A stretch of DNA of 64,000 bases from Catajapyx aquilonaris. Taxonomy: Eukaryota. Location of the stretch: contig KZ538212.1 of assembly GCA_000934665.2 (NCBI GenBank), forward strand, positions 1-64,000, given 5' to 3'. The notes below the pieces were generated by a model. That model was not told the origin of the DNA and did not search any database. It saw only the letters and a list, made by a program, of their open reading frames with translations. This document shows positions 1-13,472 of the stretch, piece by piece (within the stretch, counting starts at the first letter, position 1; each line of letters begins with the position of its first letter). Made by a program: the position numbers and the translations under genes.

Positions 1-3000
1 CTCGCAGGAATTCTAATTGGTCGCCTGGTTGCTAGGAGACCAGGCACTGAGGGGGGAGGAGGAGGAGGTTGTGTGGTGGTGGGTGCAGAGGGAGAGAGGG
101 GAGGGTTAATCCACCCAACCACCCCCCGACATCACAAAATTTTGAGAGAGACCCAAATTTTAGCAGAAAAATGTTTGGTGACAAAAACTAGGCCTGGTTC
201 TAGGCCTAGTGTGATTTCAGATTTTTCGAGGGAGAGAGATTTCTTGCTCATTATGCGTTATGTCCAAAGAGTGGGTTATATAGGTATAGGGTTTGCAGTG
301 AGGGGGTGGGTTTCTGTCAAGCTTCATTACCTCGCCTGTGGGCCCAGCACGCGGGGGGGTTTGGGTAGGGGGGGTAGAGGAGGGGGGGGGTTCTGTTTTT
401 TCCCCTTTGCGCTTATTGATTGAAGATGGGCCCTGGCTGGCCCCGGAGAGGAGAGGAGATGAGAGAGAGAGAGAGGAAGGGGTTGAGTTTGGTATAGGGA
501 TCAGGGCCCACCCCAAATATGGCGGAGGACGCCATCACCATCCCTTGCAAAATGAATCCGGACGGAGCATCCGATTTCTTCCACAGCAAAATAATTAGAC
601 CAATTCCAATTATGTCCAGGATGAGTTGCATCAGATGTCAACCACCTTTTTGCTTAGTTCGTGATTGATGCCTTGATGGCGGCATTTAAGGCTCCTTTGG
701 ATATATAGTTCTGGGGGTGCACGACAACTTGATGATATTATAATAGCTTCGAAGTTCCTCTCTCTCTCTCTCTCTGAACTGCTAACCCCCTCCGGTAATG
801 ACTTTCTCAGACATGCGCTTGTTGAGATTGGGGAGTAGCTATTTTCAATTACGACTTGCGTGTGCTTGGCCGCCCGCCATGGTTATCGCTATTTGCCTAA
901 GCCGTTTCATGCTGCTGCCAGCTCTCTTCTATGATGGAGCTAATCTGGTTGGCACGTGTCATATCGCACGACTCTTGTACCACCACCCCGGAGGCCTTTC
1001 AATCCAAGAAACACCCTGTACATGTTGTCACTCTTGGCAGGAATTAGGCGAAAGATATACAAGAATTTGCAAATGTTCCTGCGCGTTGGGATTATGCGTG
1101 TGATCACAAAGTATATGTTTCAGTAACGAGCAATCTCCAACGCCCCATGCTTTTTGTTGTTCCCCTCTTTTTAACCTTCCTTCTCCCGCCTTCTCCCCTT
1201 ATATAGTGGTTTCCTTCCGAACTTTTACGAGGGCCGTCCAGCAATAAAATGATATCAGGTAGTCATAGCTTTTTTCACACGCCGCTTGGAAATGATGCAT
1301 TTGTTGCCTTCTTTTTTTTTTTGGTTTTTGTGATGGATAAGGAGAGGGCTCTAAGGACGGATTTAACCAAAAGGGGAAAACTGAACAGTTGATAACATTG
1401 GTCAGTGCAGTTGCTGGGCATAATAGAGTCTCCTTCCTTTCCTTTTTCCGGGTATAAACTCTCCATGTTTTTGTTGTCGACCAGCAGCACTCTTCGTCAA
1501 TAATAAAGCCAACAAGCATGGAAGCAGTTGTGTTTTTGCGTTGCATATACCCCCCCCCCCTCAGTCCCTTCTGCTGCCCTGTAAATATGAAGTGCATGAA
1601 TTCATAATGGATTCTTGGGGAAGCAGCAGTGTAGCAAGTGCACCACCTGTAGAAAGTCTTCGGACAAGCAACTTGTTTTAAAATTTTCTGCATACTATAT
1701 ATATTTTTAGGGCAAAATGCGTTGTACAAGTTTGTGGTTGCTGCATCCTCCCCCCCCTCTCTTTTGAAAAACGCACTTGGCCTGGAAAAAAAAACTTTTG
1801 CACAAACAACAAAAGGCAAAGGGACTCTCCGTATATAATCTTCGCTGTCCGGTCAGAAAAAGATAGTGTGCAAGCCCCCCATGCTTTTGTCTAAAAAAAG
1901 AGAACCTGGGACGTGGCCCACCCCTCGCTTTTTCCTGAAAGAACATTCCAGGCTGGCTCTTTTGTGCAAATATTTTTGCGAATCCGACACGATCCAGGTG
2001 GAGTGACTTTCTAGGGGAGCTCAGCATCCAGGCTGGGGGGTTCTAATCCACTCATTATTGACCACTGTTTGTTTTCTTCCTGAGCTGGGGAGGGAGGCAC
2101 AGCCTCCCCCACATATTTGGAAGTAGTTCTATAGTTTGTGGGCTGGTTTTTTTTTTGTCGGGGGGTGCATGTGTGACAAGCGCCGGCGCCTTAGCTGGAA
2201 GCCCTGGGTTCGCAAATAAACATATGAATTTTTGATGCCGGCGGCGAGAGAGCGCACAGCAGCAGCCGGCCAATAAGCTGACGCCTGTTCTGCCTGATGT
2301 ATGATAGCGCCTGATCTATGAGGCTATTTTGAGCTAAGATCTATCAGTAAACTAGCCTCACCACGCCATTTTGTTGTAGGCCTGAGCCTAGGCCTAGCCG
2401 ACAACAAAATGGCGGACTAGACCTAGTTGGCTCAAATCAGTCTGTTTTATATCAGAAGCTGTGATGTCATAATTTGGATGCGACCACACCCTTAGTGAAA
2501 CAAATCGTCCGCACCTGGTTAAGTGACTGACTCATCCTTTTTATAAAAAAAATTCCCTGACACATTACCGAAGTTTGCAACCCTGCTTTGCACTGCAACA
2601 CTGTTTCTATAAGCCCGCAAAATAACTCTGGTATGTCCCACCCTCCCGTCGCAATCTCCGGATCTATTGACAAATTTATAGTTGCATTAGATTATAATCC
2701 GGCTGGCATTAGCATATTATCTTCCTCGCCACACATATAAGGAATGACAAAGGGGTTATTGGTAAGCGAGCTAATGCGTCGTAAAATATATTCAGTGGAG
2801 ACTGCTCCGTTATACCGGGGTGGACAACAAGAAAATAAATAAAACTGGTTAAAAGAGCAGCCGGCCTCTCGAATCAAAATATATTAATTTGTGGGGGGGA
2901 AGTCGCATTTGGTCGTCTTTCTCCCGATTTTACTGCCCGACAAAAGATGTAATGGCAACAATAACAATAAAAATTAGTCATCCGCATTGTCAAATTAGGG

Positions 3001-6000
3001 GTCCTCCGCCAGGAATCCTAATGAGGGCCCCTCTTGTCCCTCTTCTACTCTCTCGCCGGGTTTATGGACCCGGCGCCGGTTTCGGGTTCGGAAAAGTGTA
3101 ATTTATGAAACTTCAGTGTGGGAAATAAGTTAAGACTCAAAAAGGGGGAGGCGGGAAGTGTATATGTATACATAAAAAGGGGGCCCATTGTTGAGGAGAC
3201 AAGGGGGCAGTGAAAGGAGTGTTTTCTTTTCCATTTTTATTTCCATTTTTTATGGAATATACATTTTTTGTGTGTGTGTGTTTGGAGATGTGTGGCGGCA
3301 TCCTGACCGAATCCTATTTGCGTGCTGGTGTGTGTACTCGTACATCATCCAGGGCGGCGGGGACTTAATCTTGAGATGGATCTGTTTGGAAGAGAAGAAG
3401 AAGAAGAAAGAGGGGGAGATGGGCGTCAGGGAATTTTCGTTCACAAACTTCAGAGCCATAACTGGTTTTTAAACGTGCTTTAAGAAGGCATAAAACCTAT
3501 TGAATTGCCGCCATAACTTGCGAGTGACAAATCTATAAGCTTAAACCGCTGAAAGTTGCTGCTATCAACAGAAGTTGGAGGGACATAGAGTATGGACAAT
3601 GAGAGCTTTTATATATACAGTTGCGTCGCATGCATATTATCTTATCAGTTATTTTTTCTTGACTGCTGGCTTTGTTTTAATACTAAACCCACAGCTCTAA
3701 AGCTCGTAAATGAGATGCAAACATCGAATTAAACAGTGGTACTTGGGGGGGTGCCCAATTAGTTCACGAGCGGAATCAGAATAAAATTTTTGAATCACTG
3801 ATTGTTTCTCCCTTCCTTCCCCCCCACATTTTCCAAACCATCATCATCATCCCTCGACATTTACTTTGCCGTGCAATGAGCTGCTTATAAAAGCAGAAGT
3901 GGATTGTTATATACTTCTTTTTGTTGAAAATTTAGATGGTTAGGGAATTTTTCTTTTGCATTTGTGATGTGAAATTTTCATGCTTACTAATAAGGACGTC
4001 ATGGTAGGTTTATTAAAGAAAACTAATATCATCACAGCAGCGCCCAACAAATGTTCTGCAAGTGTTTAAATAATTGTTATCGAAAATGCCGGACAGTGGA
4101 AGAGGATTATATCTGAACATCATTTCGACCTGAAAATACGGGCTGCTTGTTTTTTTTTTAAAATCATAACGGCAATATCATTGAGTCCCCCATTAAATCA
4201 AGACAGCGCATAAAATAATGAGCTTTCAACAACAACAAAAAAATGCCAGTGCATGCAAAATATTACTGGGTAATGAGCTGTACAAAAATGTTCGAATCGC
4301 ACTTATCATCAGCAGGCAATGTCCATCACCGCGACTTATCTGCACAGCACGCACAAGCTTCAAAAAAAATGCGAGACAAACCGACGTCTCTGTTAGACAC
4401 TCTTCCACACCTTAGTCTGCACACATATGTTCGAGTTATCAAAAAAATATTGACTGCTGACATAATTTTTTTTGACATTTTCTGGCCATCCCTGTACATG
4501 GTTGCAGGGACAACACACGGCTGGTGGTGGACGTTCCCACGCATCTCTACTGAATTTTCGTTATCCAGCAGAACGTATAGGACCCGCTGTGGGAACACCC
4601 TCAGGCCCAATTTTTATCCCATTGTTGCACTTGGCTCCCTGCATTTTCTCGGTCCCCGGAATAAAAATCGGTTCATTCCGGAGCAGTATAACGAACCTGG
4701 CAGTAATTCCTCCGTATAACAAGCGATTTGAGGCTATCGAGAGAGCCACGCACATATTGAACCCATGTGTATATAATGCATATATATTCAACAACATCCC
4801 CACAGCAGAGTCAGAAAGAGTAGCATCACATCAAGTTGAGTCTGAGCCTCACTCCGGCAGCCAGTTGCAACGGACAATCCCATCCGGGCTTTTATCCGGA
4901 TTGGCAGGCCCGGAACAAAAGGGCCAGAGAGCCTGTCACCTCCCATTGGCTTCCTTGTCCTTTGTTTCTTCCGGAAGGGTGCTGTCCTATAGCACTTCAC
5001 CTTTTTGTACTGCTGTACAGGGGGAGGCAGAGAGGTGCGCGCTTCGTCTCTGATTTGTCGCCACATTGTCAAGTATCATCCAATTTGCTGTCCGGAAAAT
5101 CCGGAAGTTACAATAATCCGAATTTCGCTTAATATTCGCATTGTTATTTTCGGACAGTGTTGGTGACAAAATGGAGGAGCATCCACTGGAAGATATCGCC
5201 TCCATTTTGGATTGTCATCAAACATGAGAGGTCCCCTCCTATACTTGAAAAACCTCCCCCTTTTCCCTTCATCCCCTCTGCTGGACGGTCCCCTCTCTCA
5301 CCCCTTTACATATGAATCATAACTGCTCAAAACCCCCCCTCCTCTCTCTACATCTCCTTTGTTTACTTTCGAAAGATTGCCCCAGCAGCAGTCGATACTA
5401 ACTCTCCCCCCAAAAAAGTGCGGAGGGGCCCATATTAATTCTGGATTTTTAACCACGCGCACCATATAATTATGAGGGATTTGTTTACCGCCGCATATTG
5501 ACGATATAGGCATATTTTTCAAACATTATGTATATAAGCAGTGGGAGGGGTGGGTGTGGTTTATGTTGGAATGGAATCCACCTTCAGCCTCCCCCCCTCT
5601 CTCTCTATGCCCACTGGCGGAAGTTATCCATAATTCAGGGAGTTTGCAATAATAATGCGGGTTGGCTATTGAAAACGCAGGGCTCTACGCATTAATAGTT
5701 CACCCCCCTTGTGCAGCACCAGCACTCCGCCGCCACCATTCTGCAAACTATCTTGGCATCAATGTCTGTCAGGGATCCAGTTGCCGGCCCCTGCGAGCTA
5801 AATGCGCCTGCCGCATTGTTCCAATTGTCTCTTTACTTGCTTGCTCTTTGAGTGCTGCTGGCTTCAGGAGGAATCAAGCTATACCGCAAACCCTCTGAGA
5901 GAAAAGCGCCAAACTACTAAGGTATAATATGCCTCCAAGTACTTGTGACCCTGCCAGGCACGGTACGTCCTGCCAGATGATTTCGTTTAGTCGCCGGGCA

Positions 6001-8514
6001 AATGCTGCCAATTGTGGCCAATATGTTAAAGATTGTACGAGGAGCTTCTGGCTGACCCTGTAGACTCATTGGCAAACACACGACGGTCACTCCCCGTATA
6101 TACGTTTTTCCCTGCCCGTTCTAATCTAGCCTAATTGAACAGGCCCAGTTGGTGGTGGCCCAGGCCCCCCCGAAATATAATAATGAAGTCGAGTGAAACA
6201 TTATTAAAAATGCAGGCAGCACCCGGCCTAAATCATACGTGCGAAACTTTTTGTGGGACTCATATTGACTCCGGCGCGTGGTAATTTGGGGGCCAATTTT
6301 CCACATGCTCGTCCTGGAGTTAATTAGAACACTCAGTGTGTGCGCACTGGGCATATATGTAATGTTAGCTGCCGTGTTGAGCGACTTACAACGCTGCAGG
6401 GAAAAAAGATAGGAAAAAAAACAGTTTACAAATTATTATTTTTTTAGTCCTACGGTGTGTGCTGACGGTCGGAAGAAAATTTTTTGGGAGATTTTTTTTT
6501 TAGAGCTGCGTGTGGAATTGCTGGGATGGCTTAATAAGGAGGCGGTTTTTGGGTTAGAGCTAGGTGAGTTATGGGAGGTCGCCGGTTTACTTTCCTCCAT
6601 TCTGGAGCCGTCACTAAGGTTCGGTGTTTTTTTTTGTCCAAAACATTTTTTTCCTGGAAATTGCAGGGGTTTCAAGTTATGCTCCAGGGCTGGACTTGGG
6701 CCAATATTTTGGGCAGACCCCCCCACCAAAAAAAATGTGCGTAGGGGACTGAGTGATTGAAACCCGTGAAATGCGAGAGGGTCCGAGGTCCACCATTTTT
6801 CAAAAAGAATTTGACAAGAAGCTGCATATTTGTGGGCTAGCCAAATATGTATGGAGACAATATGTAACAAATAATTTCGCATTTCCAATTAAATCGTGGG
6901 CATCGCCTGTTCCTAAGTGGCTCCTGCTTTGTCATAAAGTCGGGGTTGGTAAGGTAGGAGGAGTGAAGGTAAGAGAGAAAAAAAAGTTGAGACAAAGAGA
7001 AACGTCTGAGAGCCTCCCCCCAAACGTCCCCTCCCCAACACGCCTCTCTGCTGGTCCAAAAACGATCCTCCTTTGTTCCTCAGCTCCTGAGATCGGGACC
7101 CCAAACACCCGGCCCCTCCCCCCCCTCTCCATTCCCCCAAAAAATAAGAGGAGGTTAAAAAAAAAGAGGACAGAACCGCCCATGGCGTATCATGATCACC
7201 GACTAACCCAATCCCCGCCGCTTCGCCGCTCGACCGGTAATTATTCTCCCAAACCAACCCANCCCACCATAACCCCTCTCAGAAACTTACCTTGCCCCCC
7301 CGTCGCCTCTAAATATACCGCGTCGACTCGCGACCGGACACCCCCCCACCCTATAGTCAAGAAGAAGAAGAAAAAAATAAAGAACCAGGGTGACCCCCCG
7401 TGGGGGTCACGAACAGCCGTGGATGTCCCAAATTTGTACCAGCAGTGTGAAGGGACATGACTTGGACAAACCGTGTGGTCACTCCGGTGCCGCCAGCTAT
7501 TCTTTAACACATCATCGCCATCCGTAAGCAAAAGTTGCTTCACATCAGAGCCTAAGCAGAGCAGAGCCATCCGTAAACAAGTGCTGTCTTTTTCACCATG
7601 ACAAGCTAACTAGTTCCCAACAATGCAACCCACACAGACTGCCAAGACGGTAGTTGGCCCCATCGCCCTACCGGACTTGGGGTCCAACCATATTTGGTAC
7701 TCCATCTCTGGTTGCGCCCTCTTCTTCTTCTCTCTCTCCATTGTCTCAGCAGCGCCCATTTCTCATGCCCGTGGGCCCTCCTAAATCCAATCCTGAAGGG
7801 GCGGAGTCGTGGGGGCCATGCGTGCCCGGACCCATCAGACAAAAGCGACCGCCAGAGGGCCGGCGACGTGAGAAATGGCCGTCAGGGGTCAGTCGGGGTC
7901 GCCACCGCCGCCACCTGCCCCGGCAGCCCAAAGCAGACGACGCCATCTCACCTCCGTGTGTTGCCAGCTCGATCACTCTATGTTGGCACCCCTGAAGTGG
8001 ACCGGGTCTGGACCAGGTCCACTTTCTTTTTGTTGGCACCGTGCTGACCAATCCGACCTCGACGAAGGTCAGGTCGCTGTCGGAGACAACCCAGCAGGTA
8101 CCTGGTCGGCCTTGTCCGTCGCCTCAAGAAAACCACAGAAAAAAATAAGTTGGCTTTTTTTTTTTTTGAAGCTGGTGAACTTGGCTTATGACCCGTTTAT
8201 TGCGCTCTCTTCATTCGGGGCTGGATTTTACGACCTTCTCTCCCCCACCGTATCCACCCACCCCCCCCTTCGGTGCTTGATGGAAGCCGCTGGGATGTTG
8301 AGAGTGGTAAACCCGGCATCAGGAGGCAGCAATCTAAAGGACAGCTTTAAGTGAAAGGTGATCCAATTGGCAGTTGAAGGTCCCAAACCCGTGCACCGAG
8401 GTTAATGCGTAAACCATCAAACAACTGCCAGATGGGGCTGTTCACACGGGGGTCGTTGGGTCGTTGGTCGTTGGCAGCACGGGTCACCAGTCTAACACAT
8501 GTATACGAATAGGC

Positions 8515-9335
8515 TCCAAAGCTGGATGAAAAATGACTACACTAATCGTAATCAGATCGTAATCGCACGTAACTAGTCACGTAATCGGGCCGTGGTCACG
8601 AGTAATCGGCCCATGGTCACGAGTAATCGTAATTGGGCCAGGGTCTCGAGTAATCGTAATCAAATGTACGTTTCATCTACCTTTTTTGCAATATTTACGA
8701 ATAAGCTACATAGCTTTATGGAATGATTACACGTAATCGTAATCAAATGTGCGTAATCACGCGGTAGTCACGAGTAATCGTAATCAAACGTACAATTCAA
8801 CGACCTCAAAGTACGTTCCTTCTAGCTTTTTGCATTTTTCACCGATGTATAGGCCTAATAACTGCAAATTGACGCATAGGTTCCAGAGCTCGATGAAAAA
8901 TGATTACACGTAATTGTAATCAGATATATGTAGTCACACGTAATCAGGTTGTAGTCACGAGTAACTTACACTTCAACTGCCACAAAGTACGTTCCTCACA
9001 TAGCTTTTTACATTTTTCACCGGTGTAATCACTACAAATTTACAGGTCCTAGCTTTATGGAATTACACGTAATCGTAATCAAATGTGCGTAGTCAGGCGG
9101 AAGTCACGAGTAATCGTAATCAAGTGTACACTGATTTCAACGGGCCCCAAAGGGCGTTCCTCTCAGCTTTTTACATTTTTCACCGGTGTAATCATTACAA
9201 ATAATTTTAAGAACTAAAGCTTTATGGCATGATTACACGTAATCACTCGTAATCAGGTAGTCACTAGTAATCAGGCAGTAGTCACAAGTAATAATAATCA
9301 AACGTACATTTCAAGGCCCCCAAAGTATACGTTAT
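8515..9335. repeat. Degenerate tandem repeat of ~165-190 bp (about 5 units) rich in GTAATC/GATTAC and CACGAGTAATC
   Basis: Recurring AGCT...GATTACACGTAATCGTAATCA...GTCACGAGTAATC...AAAGTACGTTCCT..AGCTTTTT blocks starting near 8520, 8712, 8887, 9051 and 9218. Confidence 0.85.
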
Positions 9336-10396
9336 AGACTCGTTTCCACATTTTTTGACCCCCACCCATTTACCCCCATGTCACGCATGTCACACCCCCC
9401 CCCCCTTCCAACTTTTTTTTTCTTCCAGTTTATGTGGAATTTGCTTCCAAATTTTTCTAGGAACTTTAGAGCATGAAATTATCTGAGAATTTACCTGGCA
9501 ATTAATTCGGTGGTGGTTGTGAGTTGGCAACACCGGTCGCTCAGGTGACAGGGCGGCCATCCCATTTCTAGTCGTCGGGATGGTGGCAGGGTGGTAGAGG
9601 TGGAGGGGGTAGAAGGAAGGCGTGACAGCCTGATGGCTCTCTGAGATTGATCGCTCGCCGCCAAATAACAGGGGAGGAGGAGAAGAAGGCTGGTGGTGTG
9701 TTGAGGCCAGGCATTTTCCAGGCTCAGAGAGAGTGGGTGGGTGGGTTGCGACTGGCCAGTCGGGTCCGGCGTCGGAGGCGTCGCCAGGTACGGACTGTCC
9801 CCCCGGCCACCCAACTCCCCGGCGCCATCATGGCGCCCCACGACGCCTCGATAGATCAGGGACCCATTTTTTTTTTCCAAAGCTCCTTTACATTTTTTTC
9901 TGTAAAGTATTTAAAGAGAGAGGGTGAAGAGGGGCGGTTATATACGTCTAATCCAGATATCGTGACCAGGGTAATGAGATATTCGAGTGCTCCAACTTCA
10001 GGGTGGACAAGTTATCGAGGTTGTCACAATTTTCCAGCCCCGGGTCTGGCTCGGTTATTAATTCTGCTGATGGCTGGGGTGGGGGTGGGTGGGGAAGTTG
10101 GGGGGGGGGGGNGGGGGATCGGAGCCGGTTGGTGGACCCTCACCATATACACACACCCATTTGTGAGGAAAGAGTAGGTTCATGGCAATGGATCAAGGTG
10201 GCCACAGGTTTTTTGAGGGGGAGCCGAGTTACTGACTCAAATTGTCACTTTGACATTTGCCCCTGTTTTACAATTTCAAATACCTAACATTAAGGACAGG
10301 TTTCTTTACACAACGACACTATCGTTACCTTGTTCTCATAAATATAGTTCAGCCGTGGTCCCAAGATTTATTTTTGAGCTAATAACTTTGTGCCAG

Positions 10397-10714
10397 GCGT
10401 TTACACGTCAGCGATTTGATCAGCGATGTTGCAGCGATCTCGTCGCTGAGCGATGCGATCAATTGTTTGAAGCGAAGATATGATCAGCGATGTTGCAGAG
10501 ATGACATCGCTGAGCGATGCGATCAATTGTTTGAAGCGAAAATCTGATCAGCGATGTTGCAGAGATGACATCGCTGAGCGATGCGATCAATTGTTTGGAG
10601 CGAAAATCTGATCAGCGATGTTGCAGAGATGACATCGCTGAGCGATGAGACCAATTGTTTGGAGCGAAAATATTTGTTACCACGAGTGTTACATCGCTGA
10701 TCACATGTAAACGC
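10397..10714. mobile_element. MITE-like element with short terminal inverted repeats enclosing a 4 x 64 bp tandem array
   Basis: GCGTTTACA at 10397 and TGTAAACGC ending at 10714. Units start at 10417, 10481, 10545 and 10609, each with a TCAGCGATGT-N10-ACATCGCTGA inverted repeat (imperfect in unit 1). Confidence 0.7.
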
Positions 10715-11629
10715 GGCTTTAATCATGTCAAATGAATTGATTTTAAGACGAAACCAAATACGCAACACTATATTAAAGAGATAAATGAAACGCTTCATTT
10801 TAGGCGATATAACAAAATTGAAGTTGAATCGCCACCTTAAAACTGATGGCTCCTGCTTCACGCTTCTTTTAGGCTCCAATTATTTGTCCATATTGATGCC
10901 ATATGCCTCCCACCCGTAATTAGGAAGTGTGTTTAATTAAACGGGAGGGTTGCTCACGTATCATATGGGGGGTGGCCACCCTTGTTTTTTGGTCTTCCTC
11001 AACAAAGCAGCTGGCCCCGAGAAAAGAATGATAAGTGCGGCCATCAGCCACAGGGAGTAAAGAAATAATCCTCAACGTCGTGATACACCCCCCCTCACCC
11101 AAACTATCCGACCTACCTCCCGGTACACAATGATGCCATAATAAATTGTTCGGAAGAAGCAGAGCCATTACCTTCTCTCAGTCGGGCCATTATACCCTGC
11201 ACCTGGCCCAACCCCCCCACCACCCATCTCTCTCCCTCTCTCAAAAAATTTTCTAACCGCCCCTCGTATACATGCGCCCTCCTCTCATCACGTTTGTTCC
11301 TCCAATTATTGGTCCCCAAAATCAAGTCACTGCATAACTTGTCCTTAACTCTCCATTGCAATGGCCCTCCCACCCCTACCTCTCCATCCCCCCCCCCTCA
11401 CTCAGCGCCAAACCCTCCCAAATTACACGTTTGGGGTGAATCCAGATTGGGCTCCCGAGGAACCGCTTTTAATTCCAACCCCAACATTGCCGCCTGCTCA
11501 ACCCGCTTATTTAATTCCAACGCCTGGCAATTTTCGGAAAGAGCAGGAAGGGAGGGGGGAAGGGGGAGGAAGGGAGCAAAAGGAGGAGTAATTACTGTAT
11601 ATATATAAAAAAAATTTGGAAGAAAAAAA

Positions 11630-12680
11630 GGTGGGGTCACTTGGTCAGGTTTGCTAAAAACTTAAAACAGTGAAAATCGGTCACATTTTTTTGGCGAAAT
11701 TGTCATTTGAATTTTTGGGGAGATGCGCGAAAGGAGCAATTTTTATGCAGAAGATATTCAAAAGAAATTTTGCCAAAATTGTCATTTGAATTTTTGGCGA
11801 GATGCGCAAAACGAGCAATTTTAAGTAGAAGATAAAATTTGCCAAAAACTAATCTGGAATTTTCCGCGATTTAATGTAAATGTTCACTTTGTTGCCCGCA
11901 GAAACTAACTCTTATTGTATATTTTTTTTGCGCAACTTGTGTCATTTGTGCGTCCTAACATTTTTAGCGAGGTGCGAAATTTTTTTGTCGCAATTTTTGT
12001 TGCGGATGTGAAGGATCACTTTTAAAGTCAGGTTTTGCCAAACACTAACTGTTGGGGCTTTTTGCATCATCCTGCTGAAGGGTGTCATTTTGTGCCGCTT
12101 TACCTTGAAATTTTGCGAGGTGCGAAACGATGCAATTTTTTTTTCTCTCTCTCTCTGTTACCTCAATTTCGTTGTAAGAGACATTCGTTGTTTTTTTTTT
12201 ATCTGTGTATGTGATGTGCGCTCCCTTGGTAATTGCAGTGTCACGCCTAACCGTTATTTTTACAACGAAGTCGTGCTTTTCACGGAAATTTATTCCGGAA
12301 AATTGCAATGTAAATATGCGCCGCAATCGAGGTGTAAAAAAAACACATGGCAGGTTTCGACATAAAAATATTATTGGGCACCTGCACAAATTTTTGCTGG
12401 GCACATGCACATTACACACATATGCTACTTTTTTAAACAAAAATTGTCTATCTCTTCTTTTTGGGGGGTCGATACTCGGCACTGATTTTTTGCTTCGGTA
12501 GGTTGCTTACTGGGTGAACAATATGCAACTTTTCTTATTGAATCGTGTAATTTTTGAACAGTACATCGGGTTGCATGCAGCACAATTTTCAATACATTGA
12601 ATTTGAATTGCTGCGCTCATTATATACACAGTATTGTTGCAATTGATCTGCATTATCACAATTACCAGACCGCCCTGTAG
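11630..12680. repeat. Degenerate repetitive or old transposon-derived segment
   Basis: ~80 bp direct duplication (AAATTGTCATTTGAATTTTTGG.GAGATGCGC at ~11697 and ~11776), repeated TCAGGTTT(T)GC.AAA and GCGAGGTGCGAAA motifs. Confidence 0.45.
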
Positions 12681-12750
12681 ATATTTAATTTATGAACGGC
12701 TAGCCCTGCCATCCGCAGCAACAGGTTTTCAAATCGCTCGGTGAATGAGG

Positions 12751-12790
12751 ACACACACACACACACACACGCCACACATTTACACACACA
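12751..12790. repeat. (CA)n microsatellite
   Basis: ACACACACACACACACACAC followed by an interrupted continuation. Confidence 0.9.
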
Positions 12791-13472
12791 GGGCACATAT
12801 AACGCGTCAAAACACGTGCAGGGTCGTGTTTGCATTGTATAATATTTTCCGACCGGTATTGTTCACTCTACACCATTTTTTTTAGCAGCCACTGTTATTG
12901 AGTGGACGATGTCCACGTAGTACCATACCCCTCACATAGATGACACATTGCCACTCTCAGGGTCGTGCGAGGGGAACCCTTGCTTATTTAAATATAAGGA
13001 GAATAAAAAATGGGGAGAAATACTTGTGTTGTATATATAGTGTAGAAGCGTCTCGTGAACATCTGTTAGTTTCCCCACTTGGCCAGGGCTACAAGCATTG
13101 TAACAAATTTAGGGAAGGGTGAAATTGTTGAGGGGGAGGGAGATGGGGAGATGGGGAGAAGAGGGGGGGTTTAATCGTCTCTCTTCCGAAGCGACACGGA
13201 AAGGAATAATTTGGAAAAGAGGCAGGGAGCTAAACGGAGGTATTAGGCGAGCGCATGCAATGAGGATTAAGATAATGAGAGGCGTCAGGAGGCAATGGAG
13301 CGGAAGGGGGGGGGGAGAGATTGAAAGGGTGGGGGAGGGGGGGGAGAAGAAGAAGGGGGTGAAAATGGGTGGGGAGAGGAGGAGGAGGGAAACACTGAAT
13401 TTCCCATCCTTTGGACTCCTGCAAACTGCTTCTTGCCACACTTTAAAACGATTTCTCTGACCACCACCTGGG

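Noticed and set aside
10417..10672. CRISPR-like palindromic repeat of 64 bp period
   Set aside because: The whole unit, including the supposed spacer, is near-identical between copies, so it is a plain tandem repeat.
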